A stretch of DNA of 64,000 nucleotides from an uncultured Bacteroidales bacterium. GTDB taxonomy: Bacteria; Bacteroidota; Bacteroidia; Bacteroidales; VadinHA17. The notes under the pieces were generated by a model that did no database searches, was not told where the DNA came from, and was given only the letters and a program-made list of their open reading frames with translations. The stretch spans positions 46,525 to 110,524 of the forward strand of contig CAVOKP010000015.1 of the NCBI GenBank assembly GCA_963696535.1, read 5' to 3'. Of this stretch, positions 40,682 to 50,365 are shown in pieces (within the stretch, counting starts at the first letter, position 1; every line of letters begins with the position of its first letter). The position numbers and the translations under genes are program-made.

Positions 40682-42558
40682 ATGAAGAAAATCCTGAATT
40701 TTTATGTTCTTTTATGTTTCCTGGCCGTAGCTGCAGCATTTACAAGCTGCAAGAAAACGGATATTCCCGTTCTGACAACAACTGCCATAAGCAGTATAAC
40801 AACCACTTCTGCATCCACCGGAGGTAATATAACCGATGACGGAGGAGCGGATGTTACAGCACGCGGAGTATGCTGGGGAACAGCAACGAAACCTGAAATC
40901 ACAGGCTCAAAGACAAGCGATGGTAAGGGCACCGGAAGCTTTACAAGCAGTATCACCGGACTGACTCCAAATACCAAATACTACGTCAGAGCCTATGCCA
41001 CAAACAGTGAAGGGACTGCTTATGGCAATGAACAGTCATTCACGACAAATGCTGTCGTCGGGGCAACCGTGACCACTACTGCTCCTTCTGCTTTCACCTC
41101 TACGACTGCTGTTTCCGGAGGCAATATCACCAACGATGGCGGAGCTCCAATTACTGCCCGTGGCGTATGCTGGGGGACTGCGGCCAACCCGGTTGCTACA
41201 GGATCCCATACTACTGACGGCACTGGTACAGGTGTATTTACAAGCAATATCACCGGATTGACCCCCGGACTTAGTTACCATGTACGGGCCTATGCAACAA
41301 ACAGCTTCGGAACTACTTACGGCTCTGATCTGACATTCAGTGCACTGGCAGTGCTTCCTACCGTTACCACCAATACTACTTTTTCTGCAGTCACTCAGAC
41401 TACAGCCACTTCTGGCGGTAATGTAACTTCTGATGGAGGTGCCACAGTAACTGCAAGGGGAGTATGCTGGACATCAGGTACCGCTGATCCTGTCGTAACG
41501 GATAGTCATACCACAGATGGGACCGGACCAGGAACCTTCACCAGTAATATGACAGGTCTGACAGCCAACACAGCCTATAAAGTCAGGGCTTATGCAACAA
41601 ATAGTGTAGGAACTGCCTATGGCGCTGTTGTACCACTCACTACCAGCCCGATCCTGCTGGCAACGGTTACAACTGCCGTTCCGACAGTTGTCACTGCCAC
41701 AGGCGCAATAATAGGTGGTGATATATCAGCCAGCGGCGGCGGGACAATATCAGACGCGTGGGTTTGCTATGGCACTTCTCCGAATCCTGACTATTACGGG
41801 ACACAGTACAACAAATGGTACGGACACGGGTAGCATTCACAAGTACCTTAAGTGCACTGGAAGACGGACACTGAATATTATGTAAGGGCATATGCCAGCA
41901 ATTTTGCAGGAACTGCTTATGGTCACAGGTTCAGCTGCTTACAATGGTTGCTGATATTGAGGGCTATCTGTACAAGACGGTTCTTATTGGTAGTCAGGTC
42001 TGGATGGCTGAAAACCTCAGGACCAAGAAATACAACGACAACAGTGATATTACACTGGTTACAGATGCCACAGCATGGATCGGACTCTCAACAGAGGCAT
42101 ATTGCTGGTATAATAATAATGAAGCCACGAACAAACCTCTCTATGGCGCATTGTACAACTGGTTTGCCGTGAACACTGAAGAACTTTGTCCGACCGGATG
42201 GCATGTTCCTACCGATGGTGAATTCATGATCCTTGAAAGGCAGCTTGGAATGACTGAGGCTCAGACTCTGCTTACCTCATGGCGTGGAACGGATCAGGGC
42301 ACCCAGATGAAAAACAATGCAGGATGGACAACAGGTAACGGGACCAATTCAAGCGGATTTGCAGGTCTTCCTGGCGGTTATCGTTACTATGAGTTAGGGT
42401 CCTTCCAGCATGCAGGCGACATCGGATACTGGTGGACCAGTACGGTTTCAACTTCGGAACGGTCATTCGCCAGACAGCTGGAAAGCTCACGCGAAACCGT
42501 GGAAAGAACACCTGCGGATAACAATGCAGGGAAATCAGTGAGATGTCTTAAAGATTAA
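40682..42558 (+). pseudogene. FISUMP domain lipoprotein with 4 FN3-like repeats, frameshifted in repeat 4 (possibly assembly errors)
   Basis: Lipobox FTSC-KK; pieces 40682, 41852 and 41944 join via shifts near 41789, 41832, 41868 and 41924; ends SVRCLKD. Confidence 0.82.
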
Positions 42559-42580
42559 CTGGTCACATAGCGATAATAAG

Positions 42581-42616
42581 AAGAGGCTGACCCTGAAGGG
42601 CAGCCTCTTTCTTTTT
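42581..42616 (+). terminator. Intrinsic terminator after the third FISUMP gene
   Basis: AAGAGGCTG(A)CCC-TGAA-GGGCAGCCTCTT followed by a T-rich tract. Confidence 0.8.
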
Positions 42617-42636
42617 CAGTATCTGAAGGAAGATAA

Positions 42637-43237
42637 TCAGTCCTTGTAAGAAATATCGATAGACGCCAGATTTCTCTTGTAATCTATTCTCCTGATCTCT
42701 GAATCTCATGTATATCCTTCCCGGAAAGTGCAGATAGTTCTTTCAGGATCCTCTGCTTTTTTGCCGTTTTAAGCAATTCGAGATCCCCATAAATAATCGA
42801 GTAAGTCGTTGTATTGTTTTTAAGAGCAAACTCCTCAAGGATAACTGGCCGATATGATAATTATTATATTGAAGATTATGACCCCCAGCATCGGGAATCC
42901 TACTAAGCTTGAGAGAATTTATGAGGGATATGCCGATCGTGGTAAATATGTACGACATGTCCTTTAAACTGAAATTCCTGGTTCTGAATCTCAGGATGGT
43001 AAAGATTGCAAACAGCCCGACCGCCATCCCAAATTCAATGAAAACCGATTTGAGCATCGAGCTTATGAAGAATACAGTAATACCCAGCATGAAGAAAGTA
43101 AAAAGAAACTTCTCCTTCTTTGAGTACCTGAAATAAATTACTCTTATCAGTACAATCATGAACGCCAGGTTTATAACAAAGCGGAAAAGGATACCAAAAA
43201 AGTCGGGATTGTTCAGATTGAAAAAATTGTCAGGCAT
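42637..43237 (-). pseudogene. DUF4956-like membrane protein, frameshifted in its 3' half
   Basis: GMAVGLFAIFTILRFRT...KDMSYIF motif. The hydrophobic continuation VGFPMLGVIIFNII, then LEEFAL..SIIYGDLELLK and IRRIDYK...ISYKD* (stop 42637) lie in shifted frames. Confidence 0.7.
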
Positions 43238-43438
43238 AGGGGTAGGTTTTAGTTAAGTAAAAATAGGATATTTTATTATAACGAAACCAGAAGTTTAGAA
43301 AAAAAACAGTTCATCAGATTATCTGCCTAGAATTATAAGGGCACCAGTATTCCGGTTTCGTTTCCATTATGGTTAAATCCTGTCCTTTGGCGCAATATCC
43401 ATTAACCATCCGGCGTTTAAACATTAAATACTTACACC

Positions 43439-43630
43439 ATGAAAGCCAGGAGATATAAGAATTCAAAAAACACAAAGTATGTAAGGATTGATAACTCCAC
43501 CTGGATTGAGGCAGACGTGTGGGTTCCCGATGAAGTGGCGAGGATGCAGTTCCTTCAAAAAATGCAGCTGACCAAACCGGGCCTCTTCATGAGTCCCGTG
43601 GTAAATGAAAATCTGATCGCAAGAAGCTGA
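43439..43630 (+). CDS. Small hypothetical protein (63 aa)
   Basis: Stand-alone ORF in an otherwise intergenic gap, with an A-rich leader, a plausible beta-hairpin/helix pattern (KYVRIDNSTWIE...PDEVARMQFLQK) and an ECF-like promoter upstream. Confidence 0.5.
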   Translation: MKARRYKNSKNTKYVRIDNSTWIEADVWVPDEVARMQFLQKMQLTKPGLFMSPVVNENLIARS

Positions 43631-43762
43631 TATACTCCGTCAGCTGTAAAGTAATGCATGAAAGCCCTTTGATAAGGGCTTTTGCAGTAAAATAGATTTT
43701 GCATATTTTTAACTCCGGGGTATGGCGGGAAAAGAAAGTTAATAACATAAACTCTGATAAAG

Positions 43763-44476
43763 ATGAAAATGCACAGAATATATCGGGTTTCTCAGACATT
43801 GTTCCTGCTACTTATAATCATTCAATTAAACGGCTGTAAGAAAGAAGAGCCGATTACCGTAACCGACGTCGATGGAAATATTTACATGGCAGTGGCTATT
43901 GGCAAACACGTATGGATGACTGAGAACCTTAAGACAACAAAGTTTAATGACAATTCCACAATTACAAATGTTACAAGTAATACTACCTGGTCATCCACTA
44001 CCAGACCCGCTTATTCCTGGTTTAAAAATGATACTGTTTACAGAGACCTGTACGGAGGATTTTATAATTATTTTGCAGTCGAATCCGGGAAGCTTTGCCC
44101 GGTTGGCTGGCATGTTCCGACCAATGATGAGTTCAAAGCTCTGGAAAAGAGCCTGGGAATGACACAGGCCGGAGCCGATTCACTTGGGTGGAGGGGAACG
44201 GACCAGGGCAGGAAGTTGAAGAGCAGGACCGGGTGGAACGATAACGGAAATGGAACAAATTCAAGTGGATTTTCAGGACTGGCCGGAGGATACAGGTATG
44301 GCGCCGATGGAAGTTTTAATGACCTGGGAGCTGTTAGTTATTGGTGGACTTCTACCAAAAAGAGTTCAACCCTTGGCCTGTACAGACGGCTGGATCATGA
44401 TCAGATTAAAGTCTATGCCGAAGGTGTCAGGTTACAGGCTGGCAAGTATGTAAGATGCGTAAGGGATTCAATTTGA
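43763..44476 (+). CDS. FISUMP domain lipoprotein without FN3 repeats
   Basis: Lipobox LNGC-KKEE; DVDGNIY..IGKHVWMTENLK, LCPVGWHVP, YVRCVRD. Confidence 0.88.
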   Translation: MKMHRIYRVSQTLFLLLIIIQLNGCKKEEPITVTDVDGNIYMAVAIGKHVWMTENLKTTKFNDNSTITNVTSNTTWSSTTRPAYSWFKNDTVYRDLYGGFYNYFAVESGKLCPVGWHVPTNDEFKALEKSLGMTQAGADSLGWRGTDQGRKLKSRTGWNDNGNGTNSSGFSGLAGGYRYGADGSFNDLGAVSYWWTSTKKSSTLGLYRRLDHDQIKVYAEGVRLQAGKYVRCVRDSI

Positions 44477-44509
44477 CTTTCCTCACTATAGAAAGACACC
44501 TTTTGCCTA

Positions 44510-44548
44510 AAAAAGAATCCGGTCATAAAAGTGGCCGGACTTTCTTTT
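44510..44548. terminator. Bidirectional terminator-like hairpin between the FISUMP gene and tRNA-Val
   Basis: AAAAGAA-TCCGGTCA...TGGCCGGA-CTTTCTTTT. Confidence 0.65.
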
Positions 44549-44549
44549 G

Positions 44550-44624
44550 TGGGCGATGACGGGTTCGAACCGCCGACCCTCTGCTTGTAAGGCAGATGCT
44601 CTGAACCAGCTGAGCTAATCGCCC
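44550..44624 (-). tRNA. tRNA-Val (anticodon TAC); 3' CCA not encoded
   Basis: GGGCGATTAGCTCAGCTGGTTCAGAGCATCTGCCT-TAC-AAGCAGAGGGTCGGCGGTTCGAACCCGTCATCGCCCA folds as a cloverleaf. TATATTTG box at 44644-44651 (minus strand). Confidence 0.97.
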
Positions 44625-44948
44625 CTGATGCCTGAAACGGGTGCAAATATAATCCAGATTTTGTTCTCTGCAAAAAATAGAATGAAATTCATATAGTTTT
44701 ATTCTTTACGATCTTCCCCATCACTTTAATTTCTCAGGTAAACCCGCACTTCTTCTTTAAAATTACTCCTGAAATGTTGAAAAACTGCAAAATTGGAAGG
44801 TACATCTGTATTAGAATTGCATAAATTCACGTTATTATATCGCGAGAAGAATGATCCGTGGTGAAAGTAGGATCATTTTATACGTAATTTGTTTACTTGT
44901 CTATTATACAGACAATTGTATTTTGTAATTAACCTTGAACTGACCTGT

Positions 44949-47900
44949 ATGAAGTCTCTGTTGAGTTTTTACAGACTTATTATATGCATTAACAGGGGAC
45001 AGAAAGTCCTTAAGCCTATGACATTCCTGTATATTTTCATTTTTATGATATCTCCCAATGAATCAGGATTGGCAATGACCATTCGGCCCCCTCTGCTTCC
45101 ACCGGTGGCAATGTGCAGGAATATATCCGTTCAGCTCGGTGCAGGAGGGACAGTCACAATAAGCCCTGCCGATATAAATTCCGGCTCATATGACCCCGAT
45201 GGAACAATTACAAACCTGAGTGTATCCCCAAACACATTCGACTGCTCAAACATAGGATTAAATGATGTTGTACTGACGGTAACGGATAATGATGGGCTGT
45301 CTGCAACATGCAATGCTGTTGTAACCGTTTCCTCCACCCTTGATATAGCCAGTATGATGCTCAGCACCTGTGAGATGTCCCCCACGCTTGCTCTTTTTGA
45401 AGCTGATATTGAAGGCGGCAGTGGCAACTATTCATATACCTGGAAGGGACTCAATCCCTCATCAAAACCATTCATGATAATAATTCCATTACCCCCTTCA
45501 CTCCTGTTCTCAAATACAAGCATCATAAAATCGCCATTCTTCAACAATACGATGGCAGATGGTTACTATGATATTCGTCTTATTGTCACCGATGGAAACG
45601 GGTGCGCTGACTCCTCAGATATATCAATCAACAAGACGGGAGCAATTTTTAATAACCAGACCGTTAAAAAATCCCAGGCTTGTGAAGGGGAAACAATGAC
45701 ATATTCCGTTAACTATAAAGATGACGCAGTATATAGCTGGTCTGTGACCAACGGAACAATTCTTGAAAGTAATCAGGATACAAGCAGGATCAACATAAGA
45801 TGGAATCTGGGTGTGGTTCAGGGAACTATTTCAACAACCATTCGCCAGCCAAATGATCTTTTCTCAGGAGGAATATGCGAATCCACAATAACGGAAACAA
45901 TAACCATCATACCTATTCCTACACCGGCATTCTTAAGTCCCGTGACAAGTACATGCCCCAACTCAATAAATACGTATACCCTGACAGATTCTTACGCTTA
46001 TCAGAACTGGACAGTCACAGGAGGGGTGATAACCGCCGGTGGAAGTACTTCAGATAATTTTGTTTCTGTGAGATGGGGTACCGGCCCGGCAGGTATTGTT
46101 TCAGTTTCAGCCGGAAACAATTCGAATTGTACTGGTGCAGTTCTTATCAGTGTTGCAGTTTCCAACCTTGCAGGCACAATAACTTCGCGGGCCGATATTA
46201 AATGCAATGGTGGCTCTGATGGCTCTGTAACTGTTGCAGCAACTTCCGGAACGGGTCAGCCGCCATATTCCTATTCACTCGATGGCGGAACATTCCAGTC
46301 TTCAGGGACCTTTACCGGGATCCCGATAGGAAACCATATTGTAATGATAAGGGATGCATCCACCTGCACCTTTGATCTGCCTTTTGAAATCAGCCAGCCT
46401 GGTCCGTTGTCAGGTTCAGTAACGGCCCTGACTGATATATCCTGCTATGGTGAGGCAAAAGGATCAGTAACAATTGCCGGTTCAGGAGGAGTGGCTCCAT
46501 ACATGTATCAGCTTGGTGCGGGGACATTCCAGTCCTCGGGAACTTTCGGATCGCTGAATGCCGGCAACTACAGTATAACAGTAAGAGATGCCAACCTTTG
46601 TACCTATATTTTACCGGCTACAATTAAACAGCCATCCTCTGCCCTGGCGGGAACTATTGAAGTTACAAGCGTCAGCTGTTTTGGTGACAATTCAGGCGCC
46701 TGCAATCTGACAGTGACAGGAGGAACCTCACCATATTCATTCCTCTGGAATAACGGAGCAGTTACGGAGGATATAGTGAATGTCTCATCAGGTAACTATT
46801 CCGTTACTGTGACAGATGCGGAGGGATGTAAAATTGTTTTAAATGCCATTGTCAGTCAGCCTGTAGCTGCCCTGGGCGGACTTATCGCATCTCAGTCGAA
46901 TGTAACGGTTTATGGCGGCAGTGATGGAAGCGTGACCGTTTCAGGTGTAGGAGGGACTTCACCCTATGAGTATTCTGTCAACGGTGGCATCTTCCAGTCA
47001 TCCGGTTTATTCGGGTCACTTTCCGCAGGGGTTTACACAATTACATTACGGGATGCAGGAGGCTGCACGAAAGATATTGCTGTGACAATTACCCAGCCAG
47101 TGATACCTTTGACGGCAAATATCAAGGCCCAGGTCAATGTGCCATGCCATGATGGAATCGGAGGAAGTTTCATCGTTGAAGGATGGGGGGGAGTACTGCC
47201 TTATCTTTACTCATTTGAAGGTGGTGATTTCCAGGTTTCTGGATCATACAGTTCACTCAAGGCGGGAACTTATACGATAACTGTAAGGGATGCAGCACTG
47301 AATCTGTATGATATCACAGTAACAATTACGGAACCGGAAGCCCTGAATGTATATGTATCTGGCGAAGATATTCAGTGTTTCGGAGGAAATACAGGCAGTG
47401 TTACATCTTCGGCCTCAGGAGGCACCGCACCTTATACATATTCATGGAACAGTGTGCCGGTACAATTCAATCCTGTTGCCACAGGACTCACTGCCGGCAC
47501 ATATACGGTTATTGTTACGGATGCAGGCGGATGTACGGTTTCAGGTACCGTTACAATCTCACAACCTGCTACAGACATGTCGATTTCAATTTCGCAGGTC
47601 AACGTTATGTGTTCTGGCGGAACTGACGGAAGCGCAACAGCAACGGCACAGGGAGGATTGGCTCCCTATGCTTATACCTGGAACACCGTGCCCGCTCAGA
47701 CTAAAGAGACTGCAACAGATCTTTCAGCAGGGACATACATAATTACTGTAACCGACAGTCACGACTGCATGAAAACCGGGTCGGTAACCATTTCAGAAGC
47801 TCAGCCCATAACAATACAGTCCACTGTTACCCCAACCTCCTGTCCCGATTCGAAGGACGGATCAATAATTCTTTTGATGGCAGGAGGAACAGGTCCCTTT

Positions 47901-48305
47901 AACATACTCTGGTCAGATGGTTTTGCCGGCCAGAACCGTTCAGGATTGACACCCGGTTCTTACACTGCGGTTGTAACTGATCAGCATAATTGCGGAGAGA
48001 CCGTAACCGTTGACCTGGAGTTCACTTTTACATTTGGCTGCCTGGTTATACCACAGGTCATTACACCTAACAATGACGGTTTTAATGATGAATGGAGAAT
48101 CAGGAACATCGATCTGTATCCGGCAGCAGAGATACGTGTGTTCAACAGGTGGGGTAAAATGATTTTCAGCACAAGGAATCCTTCGGATGAACCATGGGAC
48201 GGAACAATAGGAGGTAAGCCTGCTCCGACAGATTCTTACCGTTATATCATTTATCTCAACGATGGTTCAGAACCACGATCAGGAGTGATAAGTGTAATAA
48301 GATGA
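44949..48305 (+). CDS. T9SS type B CTD surface protein with HYR/PKD-like domains and 8 SprB repeats (start uncertain: 44949 or 45018)
   Basis: Repeats xCxGxxxG...GGxxPYxYxW/S...G.Y.(V/I)T(V/L)xD; C-terminal IPQVITPNNDGFNDEW...IFNRWG-like...WDG...Y.Y.I (gliding motility-associated CTD). Confidence 0.88.
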   Translation: MKSLLSFYRLIICINRGQKVLKPMTFLYIFIFMISPNESGLAMTIRPPLLPPVAMCRNISVQLGAGGTVTISPADINSGSYDPDGTITNLSVSPNTFDCSNIGLNDVVLTVTDNDGLSATCNAVVTVSSTLDIASMMLSTCEMSPTLALFEADIEGGSGNYSYTWKGLNPSSKPFMIIIPLPPSLLFSNTSIIKSPFFNNTMADGYYDIRLIVTDGNGCADSSDISINKTGAIFNNQTVKKSQACEGETMTYSVNYKDDAVYSWSVTNGTILESNQDTSRINIRWNLGVVQGTISTTIRQPNDLFSGGICESTITETITIIPIPTPAFLSPVTSTCPNSINTYTLTDSYAYQNWTVTGGVITAGGSTSDNFVSVRWGTGPAGIVSVSAGNNSNCTGAVLISVAVSNLAGTITSRADIKCNGGSDGSVTVAATSGTGQPPYSYSLDGGTFQSSGTFTGIPIGNHIVMIRDASTCTFDLPFEISQPGPLSGSVTALTDISCYGEAKGSVTIAGSGGVAPYMYQLGAGTFQSSGTFGSLNAGNYSITVRDANLCTYILPATIKQPSSALAGTIEVTSVSCFGDNSGACNLTVTGGTSPYSFLWNNGAVTEDIVNVSSGNYSVTVTDAEGCKIVLNAIVSQPVAALGGLIASQSNVTVYGGSDGSVTVSGVGGTSPYEYSVNGGIFQSSGLFGSLSAGVYTITLRDAGGCTKDIAVTITQPVIPLTANIKAQVNVPCHDGIGGSFIVEGWGGVLPYLYSFEGGDFQVSGSYSSLKAGTYTITVRDAALNLYDITVTITEPEALNVYVSGEDIQCFGGNTGSVTSSASGGTAPYTYSWNSVPVQFNPVATGLTAGTYTVIVTDAGGCTVSGTVTISQPATDMSISISQVNVMCSGGTDGSATATAQGGLAPYAYTWNTVPAQTKETATDLSAGTYIITVTDSHDCMKTGSVTISEAQPITIQSTVTPTSCPDSKDGSIILLMAGGTGPFNILWSDGFAGQNRSGLTPGSYTAVVTDQHNCGETVTVDLEFTFTFGCLVIPQVITPNNDGFNDEWRIRNIDLYPAAEIRVFNRWGKMIFSTRNPSDEPWDGTIGGKPAPTDSYRYIIYLNDGSEPRSGVISVIR

Positions 48306-48315
48306 CAAGTGTATA

Positions 48316-49335
48316 ATGTTGAAGATTAATTATATGAACCATTTAAGAAGCGTAATACCGGCTGCTGTTTTATTCCTGGTTTCCGGAATATGCGAAGCAC
48401 AGCAGGTACCAATGTACAGCCAGTATATCATGAATGGTTTCCTGGTCAATCCTTCATACGCCGGCAGGGATGGCTATACTTCCGTCAACCTTACGGTAAG
48501 GGAACAATGGACCGGACTGGCCCAGGCTCCGAGCACATATGCATTGAGCTTTCAGACCAGGATACTGAGGAACAGTTACATTTCAAAGTCAACAACCGTA
48601 AAACGGAAGCTTATAAGACCCACCAAAGGCAGTCAGGTCGGTCTTGGAGGATATGTTTTTAATGACAATAACGGGATAATGCACAGGACAGGAGCCCAGA
48701 TTGCTTATTCATACAACATCCCTATGGGGGAGCCGGATGATGAACTCAGCCGCAACCTTGCATTCGGACTGGCACTTACCGCTTACCAGTATGTTATTAA
48801 TTATGAAGGATTGATATATGATCAGAATGATCCTTACCTGAACAACTATGACAGATCAGTTTTCATTCCTGACTTTAACTTCGGAGTAAGTTATTCGACG
48901 GCAAAATATTACGTAGGATTTGCAATGACAAACCTGCTTAGAGGCTCAGTCAGGTTTTCGGATGACAACGGCAATGGAAGCACTGAGCTTGGCCACTATT
49001 TTCTTACGGGCGGGATCAAGCTGCCCTTATCCGAAAACTGGCTTCTGGAGCCTTCAGCATTTATAAAATCGTCTGACATGCTTTTTAAGGCCCTTCAGTT
49101 AGACATCTCGTCGAGGATCTATTACAAAAACGATTACTGGGCAGGTTTGTCATGGCGCACAGGTGATGCTGTCATAGCCATGCTCGGATTGAAATACGAC
49201 AGATTTTATTTTGCCTATGCATTTGACTTTACATTAACTGATATAAGAAAACAAAGCCTCGGCACACATGAATTTTCTCTCGCTATGAAATTCGGAACAG
49301 GCGCCAGAAGGTACAGATGGTTAAATGCTTATTGA
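48316..49335 (+). CDS. PorP/SprF family T9SS membrane protein (likely cognate of the upstream type B cargo)
   Basis: QQVPMYSQYIMNGFLVNPSYAG, REQWTG...P.T, WAGLSWR, YAFD, GTHE. Confidence 0.92.
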   Translation: MLKINYMNHLRSVIPAAVLFLVSGICEAQQVPMYSQYIMNGFLVNPSYAGRDGYTSVNLTVREQWTGLAQAPSTYALSFQTRILRNSYISKSTTVKRKLIRPTKGSQVGLGGYVFNDNNGIMHRTGAQIAYSYNIPMGEPDDELSRNLAFGLALTAYQYVINYEGLIYDQNDPYLNNYDRSVFIPDFNFGVSYSTAKYYVGFAMTNLLRGSVRFSDDNGNGSTELGHYFLTGGIKLPLSENWLLEPSAFIKSSDMLFKALQLDISSRIYYKNDYWAGLSWRTGDAVIAMLGLKYDRFYFAYAFDFTLTDIRKQSLGTHEFSLAMKFGTGARRYRWLNAY

Positions 49336-50365
49336 AAAGATCAGCCCTAAAACGGCCGGCATCCTCGTGCTGATTTTTCTTTTTGCGCAGTTGGCATACC
49401 CGCAGGAAACCACAGATTCCGTGCCTTTGCGTGTTATGTTCTACAATGTTGAAAATATGTTTGATACTGTCGATGATTCCCTGAAGGATGATAATGAGTT
49501 CCTGCCAGGTGGGATGATGAGATGGAACACAACCAGATATACCAGAAAAATTAATTCCGTTTATAAGACAATCATTGCGGCAGGAGAGTGGAATCCTCCG
49601 GCAATTGTTGGATTATGCGAGGTTGAGAACAGGAAGGTGCTCGAAGATCTGGTCTTTGGTACCTCTCTTTCAAATTCAGGATATGATATTATCCATGCCG
49701 ACTCTCCCGATCCCAGGGGCATTGATGTTTGCATGATATACAGGAAAGACCTTGTCAGGGTAATCGATTATAAATCGTGGTTACCCAGGAACGTAAAAAG
49801 GGAAGAATTTCGTTCAAGAAGTGTCCTTTATGTAAAATGCGCATTCCTTGGTGATACCGTTCACATTATTTTAAATCACTGGCCGTCCAGGAGGGGAGGA
49901 GTGCTGGCCGGGGAGCCGCTGAGGGAGGATATGGCATTTATGCTGAAAGAGGCGGTTGATTCCTTGTCCGATGCTTCCACGGGGGAATTAAAGGCTATAA
50001 TCCTTGGCGATTTCAATTGCACACCAGATGATCCTGTAATAAAATCCCTGCTCGAACCTGTTGCAAATGACGGGGCTCGTTTGATCAACCTTGCTGAAAG
50101 TCAGATTAACAGTGTTTCGGGCACTTACCGTTATATGGGCACATGGGAGACGCTCGACCAGGTCATTGTCTCCCATGCACTTTTGCAGAATGAAAATGGA
50201 TTATACACTGACAAAAGGGATTTCAGGATCTTCATGGCAGAATTTCTTTTGCGTAATGATCCTAAATATCCCGGAATGACTACATGGTCGACATACCGGG
50301 GATATAAGTATCAGGGGGGGATCAGCGATCATCTTCCTGTATTACTCGATCTGCGTTTCAGGTGA
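49325..50365 (+). CDS. Secreted endonuclease/exonuclease/phosphatase family protein
   Basis: FYNVENMFD, GLCEVEN, DPRGIDV, NHWPSRRGG, GDFN, LDQ, SDHLPV. Confidence 0.9.
   Translation: MLIEKISPKTAGILVLIFLFAQLAYPQETTDSVPLRVMFYNVENMFDTVDDSLKDDNEFLPGGMMRWNTTRYTRKINSVYKTIIAAGEWNPPAIVGLCEVENRKVLEDLVFGTSLSNSGYDIIHADSPDPRGIDVCMIYRKDLVRVIDYKSWLPRNVKREEFRSRSVLYVKCAFLGDTVHIILNHWPSRRGGVLAGEPLREDMAFMLKEAVDSLSDASTGELKAIILGDFNCTPDDPVIKSLLEPVANDGARLINLAESQINSVSGTYRYMGTWETLDQVIVSHALLQNENGLYTDKRDFRIFMAEFLLRNDPKYPGMTTWSTYRGYKYQGGISDHLPVLLDLRFR

Noticed and set aside
37040-41930. CRISPR-like periodic DNA repeats (e.g. GCTTATGCAAC, TCAGGAGGCAAT)
   Set aside because: They recur about every 290-300 nt as codons of the FN3 protein repeats, with synonymous variation; no cas genes.
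36950-44476. Diversity-generating retroelement acting on the FISUMP (or GldJ) C-termini
   Set aside because: No reverse transcriptase and no near-identical non-coding template repeat in the window. Paralog 3' ends differ at all base types, largely at synonymous positions, not only at adenines. A remote DGR cannot be excluded.
44413-44673. 86-aa minus-strand ORF
   Set aside because: It is a spurious translation through tRNA-Val.
50342-50365. Convergent 3' overlaps (EEP nuclease/cca; also rprY/cdd at 62708-62727)
   Set aside because: Short tail-to-tail overlaps are common in compact genomes; no evidence of a special function.
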